Assembly: GCA_027923505.1 (NCBI GenBank)
Contig: BROI01000019.1
Coordinates: forward strand, 682,001-720,860
Direction: 5' to 3'
Source: Mayamaea pseudoterrestris
Lineage: Eukaryota
DNA length: 38,860 nt
The notes under the pieces were generated by a model, which did no database searches, was not told the origin of the DNA, and was given only the letters and a program-made list of their open reading frames with translations. The position numbers and the translations under genes are program-made. Shown here piece after piece: positions 1 through 10,875 of the stretch (the first letter of the stretch is position 1; the number at the start of each line of letters is the position of its first letter).

Positions 1-2277
1 ACGCAAAATCTTGACCGGTACAATCAATGGATTGCGCATCAAATCGTTATAGACCATACTGTGAAAAACGTGAACAGTGCCATCGTCGGATGCACTTGCC
101 ATAAGTGGGTAACGAGGGTGGAAGCGGCCGCCGCGAATAGCCTTCTCGTGGTACTTCAGCGATTTATAAGGCGACGTGCTCAAATCCAAGTCAAACCAGA
201 CCATGCGTCGATCCAAAGAGCCGACAATCAGATGATCGCCTGACGGATGAATGTCAATGGAAGATATCCAGCGGCATCCCGACATGAGACGCTTAACCAT
301 GTTCTGTTTCACCAAATGATAGATGCGAATATGCTGCTGGCTTGCCACAAACAAAAACGGCTTGTTTGGGTGAAAGCAAGCGACTTGAGCCTCTGCTTTG
401 GATTTGCTAAAAGGTTGCTGAGAGGTGCCTTTGCTAAGCTGATGAATAAGTACGGCTGCAGCCCCTGCCTTCGGGCTGACAGACAAGAAATAATCACCCT
501 TTATCTGCCATCGTACATTAGCAACATCCTTGTTAGTATGGAGAATGCAAACAGGACCAAATGCACTTGCGTGAGCGCTAATCGGTTTGCCGCTATCCGA
601 TGACGGCTGTGCTATCCATTTAACAGCGCTAGCAGCTTTCCCACTCACTGCAGCGCCGCCCGTCGAGCAAGCCACGAGCAAGGCTTCCGTAATTTCGGAA
701 TCAACCTCGCCACCCGTACCAGTCGCAACGACAATCACGCACTTGCCAATAACCGCAAGGAGGCAATGGTGCGAACGATTCGGGTTCCATTCAACACCCA
801 CGACGGGTAGAACAGCATCGCCATCGTCATCTAAATTATCAGTGTTCGTTGACGCAACGATACTGGAAAGGTTCCAGCTTCGAAGCAGCCGACCAGTCTG
901 CACTTCCCAAAGGCGAAGTATACCATCGGACGCACCCGACACCAAGAATTGTCCGTCTGGACTCGGTGAGATGCATCGAATAAGCGGGGATGGTGTCCCA
1001 TCATCATGCGGGGTCTTGTATTCGACACATTTTGCCGTTGGAAACGGCCTCAAGTCTCGCGCCTTTGGCAGTTGTGGCACTAGCGACTCTGGATCGATAT
1101 TCAAGCGCCGCTTCATGACGCGCGGACACAAATACAGATCCAAGCAGCGCTCAAACGCTTCTCGGACCGAGTGATGGTACGCTCCAACCGAACGAAGATT
1201 GGGAAACTTTTTCGGAATCAGGTGCCCATGCGGACGATCCTGTGGTTCCATGTCAGCCCATTTTTTCAAATCCTCATCCGTCGGCAAATACTCGTCCGGA
1301 GGAACATAGCTTTCCGCATGACCTGGCGGGGGCAGCTTCGGTGCGCTAATGTGTTGGGGACCCTTTCGTAGAGCCAGTTCATCCTCTTCATCGCCCTTCC
1401 ACAAAACATACGGCAAATTCGGATCTTTCTTGTTGACGTCATTCATGTCGCGAATCTTGCCCGTCAAATAGTCCATGTTAATCAAGCCCTTATCCAGTCG
1501 ATCAAGTAGCTTCTGCACCTGCATTTGATCCCATTTGCTCGGCTGGAAGCGCGACTTTGGCTCGTAGCGATCAGCATTAAGACCCGAGATTTCTTGGTTA
1601 ACGCCGGAAAAGTAATCTACATAGTCGGGATTTCCGTCATGCTCGGCATGCGCGTATGCACCACTCTGCACGCGGCGAATGAGCTCAAGCTGATGCGGCG
1701 TAAGTTCCACATCTCGATCGTTCAAAGCGTCATGAACAACGTACTTTCCTTGCGCGCGATTGTCCTGGTTTGCCAAGGCTTGATCAATGCGGTCGCCACT
1801 TGTCGTTGACTTTGCCATTTTCTCGCCATGTACATTGTAACCAACATGCTCAAATTCATCGTACCAGTGCAATGGAACCTTTCCAATGCGATTATTCTTG
1901 CCTTCTTCGTCGTCGTCATCCGACGAAAGATCGTCTGTATGCATCCATTCGGCAGCCTTCTTGTCCTTGGTCGCAGTCTTTTTCCATGAGCGCGGTGCCT
2001 GTTCGTATGAAACTAGAACTTCCTCATCCGATTCTTCCTCGTTGGCTTGTTTATCCAAAATGTCCTCGTCTTCATCAGAGGACCCTTGGTCTTCGAAATC
2101 ATCATCATCATCGTCGTCATCTCCATCCTCGAGAGCATTATACTGAGGACCATCATCTGAGTCGTAGACACTGTCGTCGCCTTCTGATTCATCTTCTGCT
2201 TCATCTGAATCGCTATCAGACTTGGCTAGAGCCGGAGAGGCTTCTTCAGGGTCCTTTCTTTCCTTTGAACGTCCCAT
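1..2277 (-). CDS. BOP1: Ribosome biogenesis protein BOP1/ERB1 (WD40, PeBoW complex); 3' end runs off the window
   Basis: Minus-strand frame from ATG 2277 (MGRSKERKDPEE..., acidic N-terminus) to base 1. It is absent from the ORF track because there is no stop in the window. Manual translation gives hallmark segments NRIGKVPLHWYDEFEHVGY, PPPGHAESYVPPDEYLP, FERCLDLYLCPRVMKRRLNIDPESLVPQLPKARDLRPFP and LKYHEKAIR..FHPRYPLMASASDDGTVHVFHSMVYNDLMRNPLIVPVKILR. Confidence 0.96.
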   Translation of the reverse strand, partial: MGRSKERKDPEEASPALAKSDSDSDEAEDESEGDDSVYDSDDGPQYNALEDGDDDDDDDDFEDQGSSDEDEDILDKQANEEESDEEVLVSYEQAPRSWKKTATKDKKAAEWMHTDDLSSDDDDEEGKNNRIGKVPLHWYDEFEHVGYNVHGEKMAKSTTSGDRIDQALANQDNRAQGKYVVHDALNDRDVELTPHQLELIRRVQSGAYAHAEHDGNPDYVDYFSGVNQEISGLNADRYEPKSRFQPSKWDQMQVQKLLDRLDKGLINMDYLTGKIRDMNDVNKKDPNLPYVLWKGDEEDELALRKGPQHISAPKLPPPGHAESYVPPDEYLPTDEDLKKWADMEPQDRPHGHLIPKKFPNLRSVGAYHHSVREAFERCLDLYLCPRVMKRRLNIDPESLVPQLPKARDLRPFPTAKCVEYKTPHDDGTPSPLIRCISPSPDGQFLVSGASDGILRLWEVQTGRLLRSWNLSSIVASTNTDNLDDDGDAVLPVVGVEWNPNRSHHCLLAVIGKCVIVVATGTGGEVDSEITEALLVACSTGGAAVSGKAASAVKWIAQPSSDSGKPISAHASAFGPVCILHTNKDVANVRWQIKGDYFLSVSPKAGAAAVLIHQLSKGTSQQPFSKSKAEAQVACFHPNKPFLFVASQQHIRIYHLVKQNMVKRLMSGCRWISSIDIHPSGDHLIVGSLDRRMVWFDLDLSTSPYKSLKYHEKAIRGGRFHPRYPLMASASDDGTVHVFHSMVYNDLMRNPLIVPVKILR

Positions 2278-2709
2278 GTTGACCATGCAGTGGAAGAAAA
2301 AGTGAGGTTCCAAGGAGAAACGAAAAATCGATGGCTCCGGTGATCCTGTCGCATTGGTCATCTTTTCAGTGCCACTGCGAGGGTCTCCGCATCTTTTAAC
2401 CTTCGTTCTCGTCTGTGCACGTATCATAGTAACACGATTACAAGCAAACACCGCATACTATCTTTTCAATAAAAGAGACTTGCTTATCAATAAAAAAATC
2501 ACACCATGATCTGCAAAGAACCAGAGGTAAGCACTTGTACATACCGTAGTCGTTGTATTGGCACGACCGAGGCAAGTCGAATATGCAATGTCATATTCCT
2601 GGCCGGCGTCCATGATGTTTGGCGATCCCATGGCAGATAACACACCTGGCAATCTTGGAAGGCGATGTCGCAGCTGCCATTAGTTGAATGGTCATAATCA
2701 CCGGTCTTT

Positions 2710-3315
2710 CTACTTGTGATAGTCCGAACCTCTGTTGATTTCGTAGGCTCTGTAAACCTGCTCCACCAGCAAGAGCCTTGCAAATTGATGCGTAAAGGTG
2801 AGCTTGGAGAGACTCATCTTGAGATATGCTGCCTCCAGAATCTGCGACGGAAGACCTTCGGCGCCGCCGATCACAAACACGACGCGACTTCCTCCATCCT
2901 GCATCCACTTGTAAAAGTGATCAGCAAATGCTTCGCTTGTATATTGCGTTCCAATGGTTGGATCAAGTATGACAATCTTGTGCTTCTTGTCAGCGTCGCC
3001 TTGAATGCCTTTTACAAGTGCGTCGTTGGTCTTGTGCCATTCGGTTCGGAGTGCAATGTGTCGCTCCAGTCGCTGCTGATAGAGGGAAACGCCTTGATCC
3101 AACCATGCCGACCCATCACTACTTCCAGGTTTTCGGCCAACGATGCGAATGGTGACCTTCATGACGTGTAGACGAGTGCTTGATCTGCAAGTAAATGGTG
3201 AATTGACAATGTCTTGATCATTCTTCGTCCTCATCCTCGTCGGCGTTTGGTTGTTGCCGACGACAAAAGCTAGCGCATGATCGAGAAGGAAGGCCCAACA
3301 AAAGACTCTTAACAT
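2710..3315 (-). CDS. rlmH: 23S rRNA m3Psi1915 methyltransferase RlmH (SPOUT family), probably plastid-targeted
   Basis: MKVTIRIVGR start of the mature domain, plus ILDPTIGTQYTSEAFA, VFVIGGAEGL, SLSKLTFTHQFARLLLVEQVYRAYEINRGSDYHK. N-terminal signal peptide ending ALA-F followed by a transit-like segment. Confidence 0.93.
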   Translation of the reverse strand: MLRVFCWAFLLDHALAFVVGNNQTPTRMRTKNDQDIVNSPFTCRSSTRLHVMKVTIRIVGRKPGSSDGSAWLDQGVSLYQQRLERHIALRTEWHKTNDALVKGIQGDADKKHKIVILDPTIGTQYTSEAFADHFYKWMQDGGSRVVFVIGGAEGLPSQILEAAYLKMSLSKLTFTHQFARLLLVEQVYRAYEINRGSDYHK

Positions 3316-3742
3316 TATCTTTGGTATTCATCAACTAGGCCTCATCAGCATGCAGGTAAACTATTCTACGGCAAACGGTGAGCGTTGCGAAGATCGTCAT
3401 CATGGTTGTCGAGTTGTCGAATCGAGCCTGGATCATGCGGTTCCGAAGCTGGGTGCCGATACGATTCGTTTTAGTCGCAGCGTTACTCAGCCTTGCGCAG
3501 CAGCTTCACCATGGAAGATCCTTTCGTTCCACTCAAATGAGCAGCGGCCCTGGATAAATTGTTCGATTACAACGATTCGTTTCACTTGCGAATCGAGCGA
3601 ATCGCATTTATGTATCGCAAGTACTTCGCTCGTTGAACCCTTGCATCTAGCGCGCCATATCCCAAGGTCCCGAACGGTTCGCATATTTTTTGTTCGCACA
3701 GCTTTTGCTGCCCTTTCATTAAATTTTGATTTGCTATAGAAC

Positions 3743-6700
3743 ATGAATGATCTTAATGACGAACACGAAGTTGATCACGATGAGGACGATTGGGATGATC
3801 ATGATCACGACGACGACGACGACCGAGACTATACAGCATACACTCGGGCCGACTACGACGACACTCTCGAGGATGACGACCCCGACGCCGAGTTTGACGC
3901 ACCTCCAATGGCGGAGGAAACCGTTGAACCTTCCTACAAGCTTGCCAATAAACTATCCTTCTTCGACTTTGCCAAGAAATTGGAAGACATTTCAGTCATG
4001 CGATCGCGGAGCCAACAGGAGCGATTAGCATATTTGCTTCCGCCGAAACTGTTGCATTACTTCAAGCCTTCCGATGATCCAAGCAAACCGCCCGAATCAA
4101 TATATCCCCTGCTTCGTCTACTAATGCCTGGAAAGGATGGTCATCGGGGAAATTTCAATGTCAAGGAAGCCAAGCTTGCTCGCGCCTACGGCGAAGCATT
4201 CAACCTTCCAGAGACGAGTCGAGAAAAGCTATTGCGGTTTGTAGAGTCGACCATCGTTGGCGAAAAGGGCGGAGTTGGAAAGTTTGATCAGGTTTTGGAA
4301 AAGGAGATTTCGAAACGGTTAAATTCCAGCGAATGGTTTTATAGCAAGTTCAAGGAAGACAGAAGTAAAGGCTTTACCGTTGGGCGCGTCAATGAATTAC
4401 TTGATCAATTAGCTGGTCTGCAGGCCAAGGCACAGGAAATCAACGAAAAACTGGCGGCGAAAGGAGGTGATGTCAAGAAAAAGACGTCAGCGAACAAGCT
4501 TCTCGTGGAATGGGTGCGGAAACTTAATCCATACTACGAGAGTAGCAGCAGCAATGTGTTGGGGCTTTCTCCGTTGGAGCACAAGTGGCTAAACCGAATG
4601 ATTCTCAAGGGAACGTTGAATATTGGTCTTGGAGACGACACTATTCTTCACTGGTACAACCCGTTGGGTCGCTCTTTATGGGATGCTCACAATTCGCTCA
4701 AGGGAGTATGTACCAAACTGGTCGATCCGGCGTTTATTGACAGCCTGCGAAAGCCGCAGGAGGCCACTGGCGATCACCACATTGGCTTGCACAATTTCAT
4801 GACATTGCCGGCGCAACCTGTCGCGTTCGGTGTGCCGTTTGTTCCCATGTGCTCTGCAAAAATTACTCCTGCAACGACCCTGCGGGTAATTTCCGAATCG
4901 CATCGAAAGTTTGATGAGCTGCTTGTGAGTACGTCGCCTTTTAAGCGCGCTCTGCCTTTGCGAAACCCTGCCTTTATTATTGAAACAAAGCTGGATGGGG
5001 AGCGAATGGTTGTGCATTATGGACGGGATGGTGTCACGAAAATTCAATCCAGAAAATCAAATTGGTTTAGCGATTTATACAGTCCAGTCTTGGGTCCTCC
5101 TTTGCGTAAAGCACTTGGCAAGCACGAGTTTGACATCGTACTTGATGGAGAGATTCTTGCATATTGTGGCGAAAAAGACGGCAACCAATTTGGATTGAAT
5201 CGCACGGTAGCAAAGAAGAGGCGAGAATGGATGGAGTCTCGAGGAATGGTCGATGATCGCGATAAAAACGTCCACGGCCACGATAACGAGTACAAAAGCA
5301 TGAACGCACAATCCATCATGAATTTTATTTCACCAACGTTCAATGCCACTGAGCTTGATGATTCGGTGTCTGGCGAAAACGTTTGGCTCACGTATGTAAT
5401 ATTTGATGTCCTATACCTCGAGGGACCATGTGCGGCGGAATTCCTTGATGAGACGGTTTCGAAGTGCGTTTCGCCCCGTCCGGTTCCTGGATCTATAATT
5501 GACTTGTCAGCTATGGAACGAAAGAAGATACTATACCGCCTTGTCGAGATACAAGACAACATGGTTGAGATTGTGGATACTCAGGTCGTTCGGCCAAATG
5601 GCGAGCTTGCAAGCGGTCGCGATTATTTTTGCTTCGACAATCCAATGTTCGATTCCGACTCGTGTCTTCCTTCTACGACGCTGGACGCGCTTGATTGCCT
5701 GTTTGAGGGTGCTGATGATATATTGCAAGCTGTTGTAGCAAAGCGTGACGAACATGCGGACGATGAACTATTAAGCCTGAAGCGCGCCCAGCAGTGCGAT
5801 CATATCTATCGACAAACGGTGGATGAGTTGTGTCTGGAGGGAATAATGTTCAAGAATTTGAGCGCGGCATACATACTCGGTGAGCAAGGGAGGGCATTGC
5901 GTTACTGGTTGAAAATGAAACCGGATTACTCGGAAGGCTCTCTTGTGAGCGATTTGGATCTTGTCATCGTCGGAGGATACTTCGCATCAGGTCTGGCAAA
6001 GGCAGGAACGCCATCTGCATTCCTAGTAGCATGCCGAGATTCGATGGATCCGGGCTATTACATGCCGTTTTGCAAAGTTAATGCAGCGGTGAAGGGCGAC
6101 GTTTACAAACAATTCTATGATCGCACTGGTTGTAAAGAGTACACTGGCAACTCGCAAGAAGAGGGTAATTGCAAATGGTTTAGTAGCATTACGCAGCCGC
6201 CGGACTTCATCTCGACACGGTCATTCCAACGGTCTTGGGAGCAGTCGGACTTTAACGGTTGGAAGTGGGATAAGTCTAGTTATCCGCACATATGGATCAA
6301 CCCCGAGAATTCCGCCATTGTTACAGTCAAAGCTGGAGAAATAATAAGAGCGACAAGCTTCCCTCCTGGTGTTACTTTGCGCCATCCTAGGATTGAACGT
6401 TTTCGCAATCAAGCGTTGGGAGACGAAAAGGATTTGTCGACCATCACATGTGAAAACCAACTCCGAGAGCTTTATCAGGAGTTTCAAGAGTCTCGCTCGA
6501 GAACCTTTAACACTAGCGTCCTCTCGCAAGGTAAACCTCGGGCGTTGAACGCGAATCAACCATGCATGTTCTTGACTGAGCAACAGTTCAATGAAAGCAA
6601 TAAACAGAATCGCAAACGCGTTGGCAAACCGAAGCGATCTCTCGCTGTTGCTACGGTGACTGAGACGAGAAGTAAAGCATTGCGAGGAGTCACTTTTGTA

Positions 6701-7774
6701 ATTCTCGATGGCATTTATAATTTGAATTTGAGTCCAACTGATTGTGATTTGGGCCTCTCGGAAGGCTGGTTCGATGACGCGTCGAAGGTTGCGAAAGCGC
6801 TTGATGTTTCAGCCTTTATAAAACGTCACGGTGGAACTGTCAAGCTGAGCTCGGGCCCTAGCGACCTAGTGTTGGGCGGACGCCGTGAGGACAATAAAGT
6901 TGTGAGTCTCATTCTCGGCGTCAACGAGGCTAGGGAGGCCATCGCGAAGGAGAAGCCTTCTGCTGCTCGGCAAACCCAGAAATCAGCTAAGCAACACGAA
7001 AAGGCGAAACAAAGCGGAGTCATTCGCTGGACATTTGTCTACTCAGCTGTTTATCGTTGGCAGCAAACGGTGCATGATCCCGACGCGTCTATTGTAAATA
7101 CTCGTCCAGAGTTACTGCAGCCGCATTTGTTGGATTACCTAATGCGCCCTCAGGAATCATGCGAGAGCGAACTCGCTGAGCTATGCGGAATGGATATAAC
7201 AAACGAAATCCAGCTTCGCCGCGCGCTGGATGCAGTGGGCATGATTTGCAACAACGGGGATGTCAAGCGGCTGCGCCTGTCATGGCAAGAGGAGGCCATG
7301 ACAGGCCTTGACGAAGATGAGCGCTGGGTGGTCCGAAGCGGGACGGAGGCAAACGACAAAGACATGGTTGTATTTCCAGATATCTTTTCACTCGACGAAA
7401 ATGGCGCGTTTGCGACACGAGAATCGTTAGACGGTGCAATGTCCGCCAATTTTTTGGCGCAACAGCACACACATTTACGACCAAATTCAGACACAGTCAC
7501 GGCTGTCCTTCCACTGGCTCGCACCATGGGCGCTTTCGTGACCCCTCACATTTCCCCACGCGTCACCCACATTGTCTGCGATCTGCTTGAAGACACTGCG
7601 TCGGAAGGTGGCTACGAGTATACGTCGAATCAAGTAAAAGCGGATCAGTTTTGCAACGTTGAAGTCGCGCGAGCTCTACTCGGGCAGGTCCGCGACGTGG
7701 AACGCGAAAACGATGTTACTTTGAAGCTTATATCCGCCAGCTGGATGCGTAGACGTCGGCGAGAATGGCTGTGA
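3743..7774 (+). CDS. LIG4: DNA ligase IV (ATP-dependent, NHEJ) with C-terminal BRCT-like regions
   Basis: Intact 1343-aa ORF with a DNA-binding domain (IYPLLRLLMP, VKEAKLA), adenylation motif ETKLDGER, LDGEI, FDVLY, EGIMFK, WLKMKPDY, DLVIVGGY, TLRHPR. BRCT-like segments LRGVTFVIL..IKRHGG and MGAFV...VTHIV...SWM. Confidence 0.95.
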   Translation: MNDLNDEHEVDHDEDDWDDHDHDDDDDRDYTAYTRADYDDTLEDDDPDAEFDAPPMAEETVEPSYKLANKLSFFDFAKKLEDISVMRSRSQQERLAYLLPPKLLHYFKPSDDPSKPPESIYPLLRLLMPGKDGHRGNFNVKEAKLARAYGEAFNLPETSREKLLRFVESTIVGEKGGVGKFDQVLEKEISKRLNSSEWFYSKFKEDRSKGFTVGRVNELLDQLAGLQAKAQEINEKLAAKGGDVKKKTSANKLLVEWVRKLNPYYESSSSNVLGLSPLEHKWLNRMILKGTLNIGLGDDTILHWYNPLGRSLWDAHNSLKGVCTKLVDPAFIDSLRKPQEATGDHHIGLHNFMTLPAQPVAFGVPFVPMCSAKITPATTLRVISESHRKFDELLVSTSPFKRALPLRNPAFIIETKLDGERMVVHYGRDGVTKIQSRKSNWFSDLYSPVLGPPLRKALGKHEFDIVLDGEILAYCGEKDGNQFGLNRTVAKKRREWMESRGMVDDRDKNVHGHDNEYKSMNAQSIMNFISPTFNATELDDSVSGENVWLTYVIFDVLYLEGPCAAEFLDETVSKCVSPRPVPGSIIDLSAMERKKILYRLVEIQDNMVEIVDTQVVRPNGELASGRDYFCFDNPMFDSDSCLPSTTLDALDCLFEGADDILQAVVAKRDEHADDELLSLKRAQQCDHIYRQTVDELCLEGIMFKNLSAAYILGEQGRALRYWLKMKPDYSEGSLVSDLDLVIVGGYFASGLAKAGTPSAFLVACRDSMDPGYYMPFCKVNAAVKGDVYKQFYDRTGCKEYTGNSQEEGNCKWFSSITQPPDFISTRSFQRSWEQSDFNGWKWDKSSYPHIWINPENSAIVTVKAGEIIRATSFPPGVTLRHPRIERFRNQALGDEKDLSTITCENQLRELYQEFQESRSRTFNTSVLSQGKPRALNANQPCMFLTEQQFNESNKQNRKRVGKPKRSLAVATVTETRSKALRGVTFVILDGIYNLNLSPTDCDLGLSEGWFDDASKVAKALDVSAFIKRHGGTVKLSSGPSDLVLGGRREDNKVVSLILGVNEAREAIAKEKPSAARQTQKSAKQHEKAKQSGVIRWTFVYSAVYRWQQTVHDPDASIVNTRPELLQPHLLDYLMRPQESCESELAELCGMDITNEIQLRRALDAVGMICNNGDVKRLRLSWQEEAMTGLDEDERWVVRSGTEANDKDMVVFPDIFSLDENGAFATRESLDGAMSANFLAQQHTHLRPNSDTVTAVLPLARTMGAFVTPHISPRVTHIVCDLLEDTASEGGYEYTSNQVKADQFCNVEVARALLGQVRDVERENDVTLKLISASWMRRRRREWL

Positions 7775-8119
7775 ACTTCGCTTTCCAGCACAGTTCTTAC
7801 GGTAGGAAATCTATGACTTTGCATTTACTAGTAACTCATGTGTTTACGGCATTAACTTGGACCGCGAATCGCCTACAAGCAGTGATGGACCTGCTTCCTG
7901 TAAAATTAATATCTATATAATTTCATCATTGCTCAGCTTTTGAGTCTGTCATTTCATTTGCAAAGACTTTTGCACGGCTGCTGTTCGAGTGCGGCGCCAA
8001 TTGAACGAACTGTCGTTGGTTGCTGTCGTGATTGATGAAACTCGTACTATGAATCGTCTTTGCCTTGTTTCCGATTGGCATGGTTAACGTCAATGTTTTC
8101 GCAATAAAGAACCAAACTT

Positions 8120-10408
8120 TTATTCGTCTTTATCCATCGGTTGTAACTGATCAAAATATCTCCAGAAGACCAGCAAGGAAAGGACTGATATAGAAGTCAA
8201 GGCAGCGAATATCTGGTTCACCATATTCTCCATTCCATAGGACCCAGACACAGTCAGAAAAATATCTGCCATGGCCCGACCTAACGTTCCAGCTTCCGTT
8301 GCAAGCAAGCCGACGTTAAAGAACCCACTACTCCAAGATTTTGGTATTGTTTTGGACAACAAACTCATGTTGGGACCCTCAAGCGCATTGCTGCTGACAA
8401 AAAGAAGAATCGATCCACAAACATACTGGGTGACAGAGTACTGACCATCACCCTTATCGTCGAAACTGACAATGCATCCAATAAACATGACCACTTGAAA
8501 CATCATTATAAGCTCGCGATCCTCGTAGCTTCGGGCAAGCCGAGCGACGCACCAATTGGCTGGAAGCATTAATGCACCGAGAGTGGCCAGAAATAAACCG
8601 GAGATGCCGGCAGACCATGCAAAGTAGTGAAACGTGATGGTTGAAGATGCGCTTAGTACGCATTCGAGAATTAGCTTCAGGACAAAGTACACCATGAAGG
8701 TAATCATGACAGGCACATTTTTCCACAAAGGTGGTTCATCTGCTTTAGGCGGGCTGTGTCCACTACTTATGCCATTGTTGAAAAGCAGCGGTTGCTTCTC
8801 CGAATCGGTGGCTGCCGCTAAAAGGCCCATCTGCGGTGCAACATGGGGCATTCGTCTCGGTGGATCCTCAAAATAGACAATGAGCATGACCATGTACACT
8901 AGCCAAGCGACCGACATGAACCAACCAGGAGCATTTTCCACCTGCCACCAGAGACTGTCAACATTCGTCGTTGCAAGGTTGAGCAAGGCAGCCACAGCAG
9001 GACCTGCTGCCATGCCCAAGGCGCCCGCCGTAACAAAAGCAGCAGATGCCGCTGTGCGCTCGGCGCGAGAGTAAGAATCAGCAATATATCGTCTATTGAT
9101 ACTTCGGGCCGAGCCAAAACCATTCATCAAACGACCCAATAAAACAATAGTCAACGAATCCACTGGCAACCCGACTCCGTAAAACAAATTTCCTAGCAAG
9201 CTTGCGCAACTCGCAAATACCAGGGCTGCCTTGTAAGAGTGACTCGTCCACCAGGAATATAGCAGCGTACTAATCAAGGCAGCAATCGGTGTCATGCCAA
9301 TGATGATTGCCGCCAGCCCAGCGGAGGACCCAAGCTTCGCCGCGTAACTTCCAGAGGTTGGCGCAACAATGTAATAGTTCATCATGTACAGAAACGTGCT
9401 CAGTAAATTCAATTGATTGGACATCCATCCCGGCCTTGGCCGACTCGTCGTTGCTGCTTGGCCACTCAATGGATCCAAGAGAACTTGCATAATCGAGTCA
9501 TCCTCCTCATCTTCCTCCGGCACTCTGCCGAGCATGGCCGTCGTGGCCAACATGCTGGCATACTCACTAGTGCGTTCCAATCGCCGTCGGGCCGCATAAA
9601 TTTGCTGCAACACGGCATCCGTCGGCGGCTTGCCTGTATCAAAGTCTTGCGCGTGCGACAAGACCCTTCGATGTTGACGACCCTGGTCAACGGAATGCGT
9701 GCCAGGTTCCGTTCTTGCTCGTGTCTGCAGTGCCTGCGGCCGAGGCAAGGAAGGAGCCACGGGCGAGTTACCTTGTCGTCTACTCGCTTCATAAGTTTCC
9801 TTGGCAAACTCCACCTGCTGATCCAGTTCGGCAATGGCCGTCTCCAAAACAAGGCAAACTGCGGCAAGTGGTTCCTGCAGCAGTGGCTTGAGCATGTAGC
9901 TTGATCGCTTATTGCCGCCAAAATATAGTCCACTCGCCACCCAGTGCGTGATCTTGTCGTGCTTTTTCAATATTTTGCGAACGCCAGTAGTATTCAAGTC
10001 AACGTATTGTAGTAAATGCAGTAGCTGTGCGCCGGAAGCGTGATACTTGAGTCGAAGACTGTGAAAAAGTTCCGACGGCGATTGCGACGAAAGCATATTT
10101 TGCTCCCTTCGATGCTCCGCAAGCTGATAAGCTATGCGTCCTTGCTCTTGTAGAAAGAATAGGACAATCTTTTCGACTTGCTGATTAAGCTGAATCAAAA
10201 AGAGTGTTGATCCAGGAGGCTCATCCTGCGTGAATCTGTGAAACTGAAGCAATCCACGATATCGCAGCGGACTAGACGGAAACGCTTCCTCCTCCAAGCT
10301 ATCTTGCTGTGATATTTGATCCAATGTTTCCTTGAGTGAATCGTACTGAATGTAAAAGTGAGCCCATGGCTCGTGCTGAAGCGCCAATAGCCGCTCTCCG
10401 AATTTCAT
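8120..10408 (-). CDS. SPX-MFS domain phosphate transporter (vacuolar VPT1/PHT5-like)
   Basis: N-terminal SPX domain (MKFG..L, YIQYDSLK, LNTTGVRKILKKHDK) followed by a multi-pass MFS domain (LNLLSTFLYMMNYYIVAPT, GRLMNGFGSARSINRRYIAD, GLLATEAGTLGR). Confidence 0.93.
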   Translation of the reverse strand: MKFGERLLALQHEPWAHFYIQYDSLKETLDQISQQDSLEEEAFPSSPLRYRGLLQFHRFTQDEPPGSTLFLIQLNQQVEKIVLFFLQEQGRIAYQLAEHRREQNMLSSQSPSELFHSLRLKYHASGAQLLHLLQYVDLNTTGVRKILKKHDKITHWVASGLYFGGNKRSSYMLKPLLQEPLAAVCLVLETAIAELDQQVEFAKETYEASRRQGNSPVAPSLPRPQALQTRARTEPGTHSVDQGRQHRRVLSHAQDFDTGKPPTDAVLQQIYAARRRLERTSEYASMLATTAMLGRVPEEDEEDDSIMQVLLDPLSGQAATTSRPRPGWMSNQLNLLSTFLYMMNYYIVAPTSGSYAAKLGSSAGLAAIIIGMTPIAALISTLLYSWWTSHSYKAALVFASCASLLGNLFYGVGLPVDSLTIVLLGRLMNGFGSARSINRRYIADSYSRAERTAASAAFVTAGALGMAAGPAVAALLNLATTNVDSLWWQVENAPGWFMSVAWLVYMVMLIVYFEDPPRRMPHVAPQMGLLAAATDSEKQPLLFNNGISSGHSPPKADEPPLWKNVPVMITFMVYFVLKLILECVLSASSTITFHYFAWSAGISGLFLATLGALMLPANWCVARLARSYEDRELIMMFQVVMFIGCIVSFDDKGDGQYSVTQYVCGSILLFVSSNALEGPNMSLLSKTIPKSWSSGFFNVGLLATEAGTLGRAMADIFLTVSGSYGMENMVNQIFAALTSISVLSLLVFWRYFDQLQPMDKDE

Positions 10409-10581
10409 TGCGGCGGCTTGAGAGCTTACAGCTTACAGCTGACAGTTGACAGTGAATGGAGCGATCTGAAGCTCGTCTCGATAGCGACAGTGGTAATGCA
10501 CAAAAGTTTTGAGAGAAAAAGCTATCGTCGACAAGGCCTTGCGCAGAACATGCTCGGCATGTTGGTCGAATTTTCGTTCGG

Positions 10582-10736
10582 CGAATCTCGCTTGGCGTTT
10601 CTCATCAATCGAAAGGTCGAGCGAGGTCGCAGACTTCGAGCAATGTTTTCATTGCCGCTTGCAGTCACCTGTTTCGCAAATCAAATCCCTTTCCGTGGAG
10701 TTGAATCCAAAGATATCATTAGGGTTACTAGATTCG
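10582..10736. promoter_or_regulatory. Two putative PSR (phosphate-starvation Myb) motifs YGAATCTH upstream of the SPX-MFS gene
   Basis: CGAATCTC at 10582-10589 and TAGATTCG (reverse complement CGAATCTA) at 10729-10736, with near-match TGAATCCA at 10702-10709. They lie in the divergent SPX-MFS/hemC intergenic region. The consensus is recalled from Phaeodactylum PtPSR work. Confidence 0.5.
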
Positions 10737-10875
10737 CCTGTTTGTCCGTCGCCCGCTGGAAGTGTCGCGATTTGCACTTCAACATGGTCGTTCATGTTTC
10801 GTGATTTTGCATCCATCGGCTTATCATTCCATCAAACCTTTCCCTATAGCTTCCATTAATACTCTTACAGCGAAA

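Noticed and set aside
61..2282. Plus-strand ORFs at 61-2282
   Set aside because: Antisense shadows of the BOP1 coding sequence.
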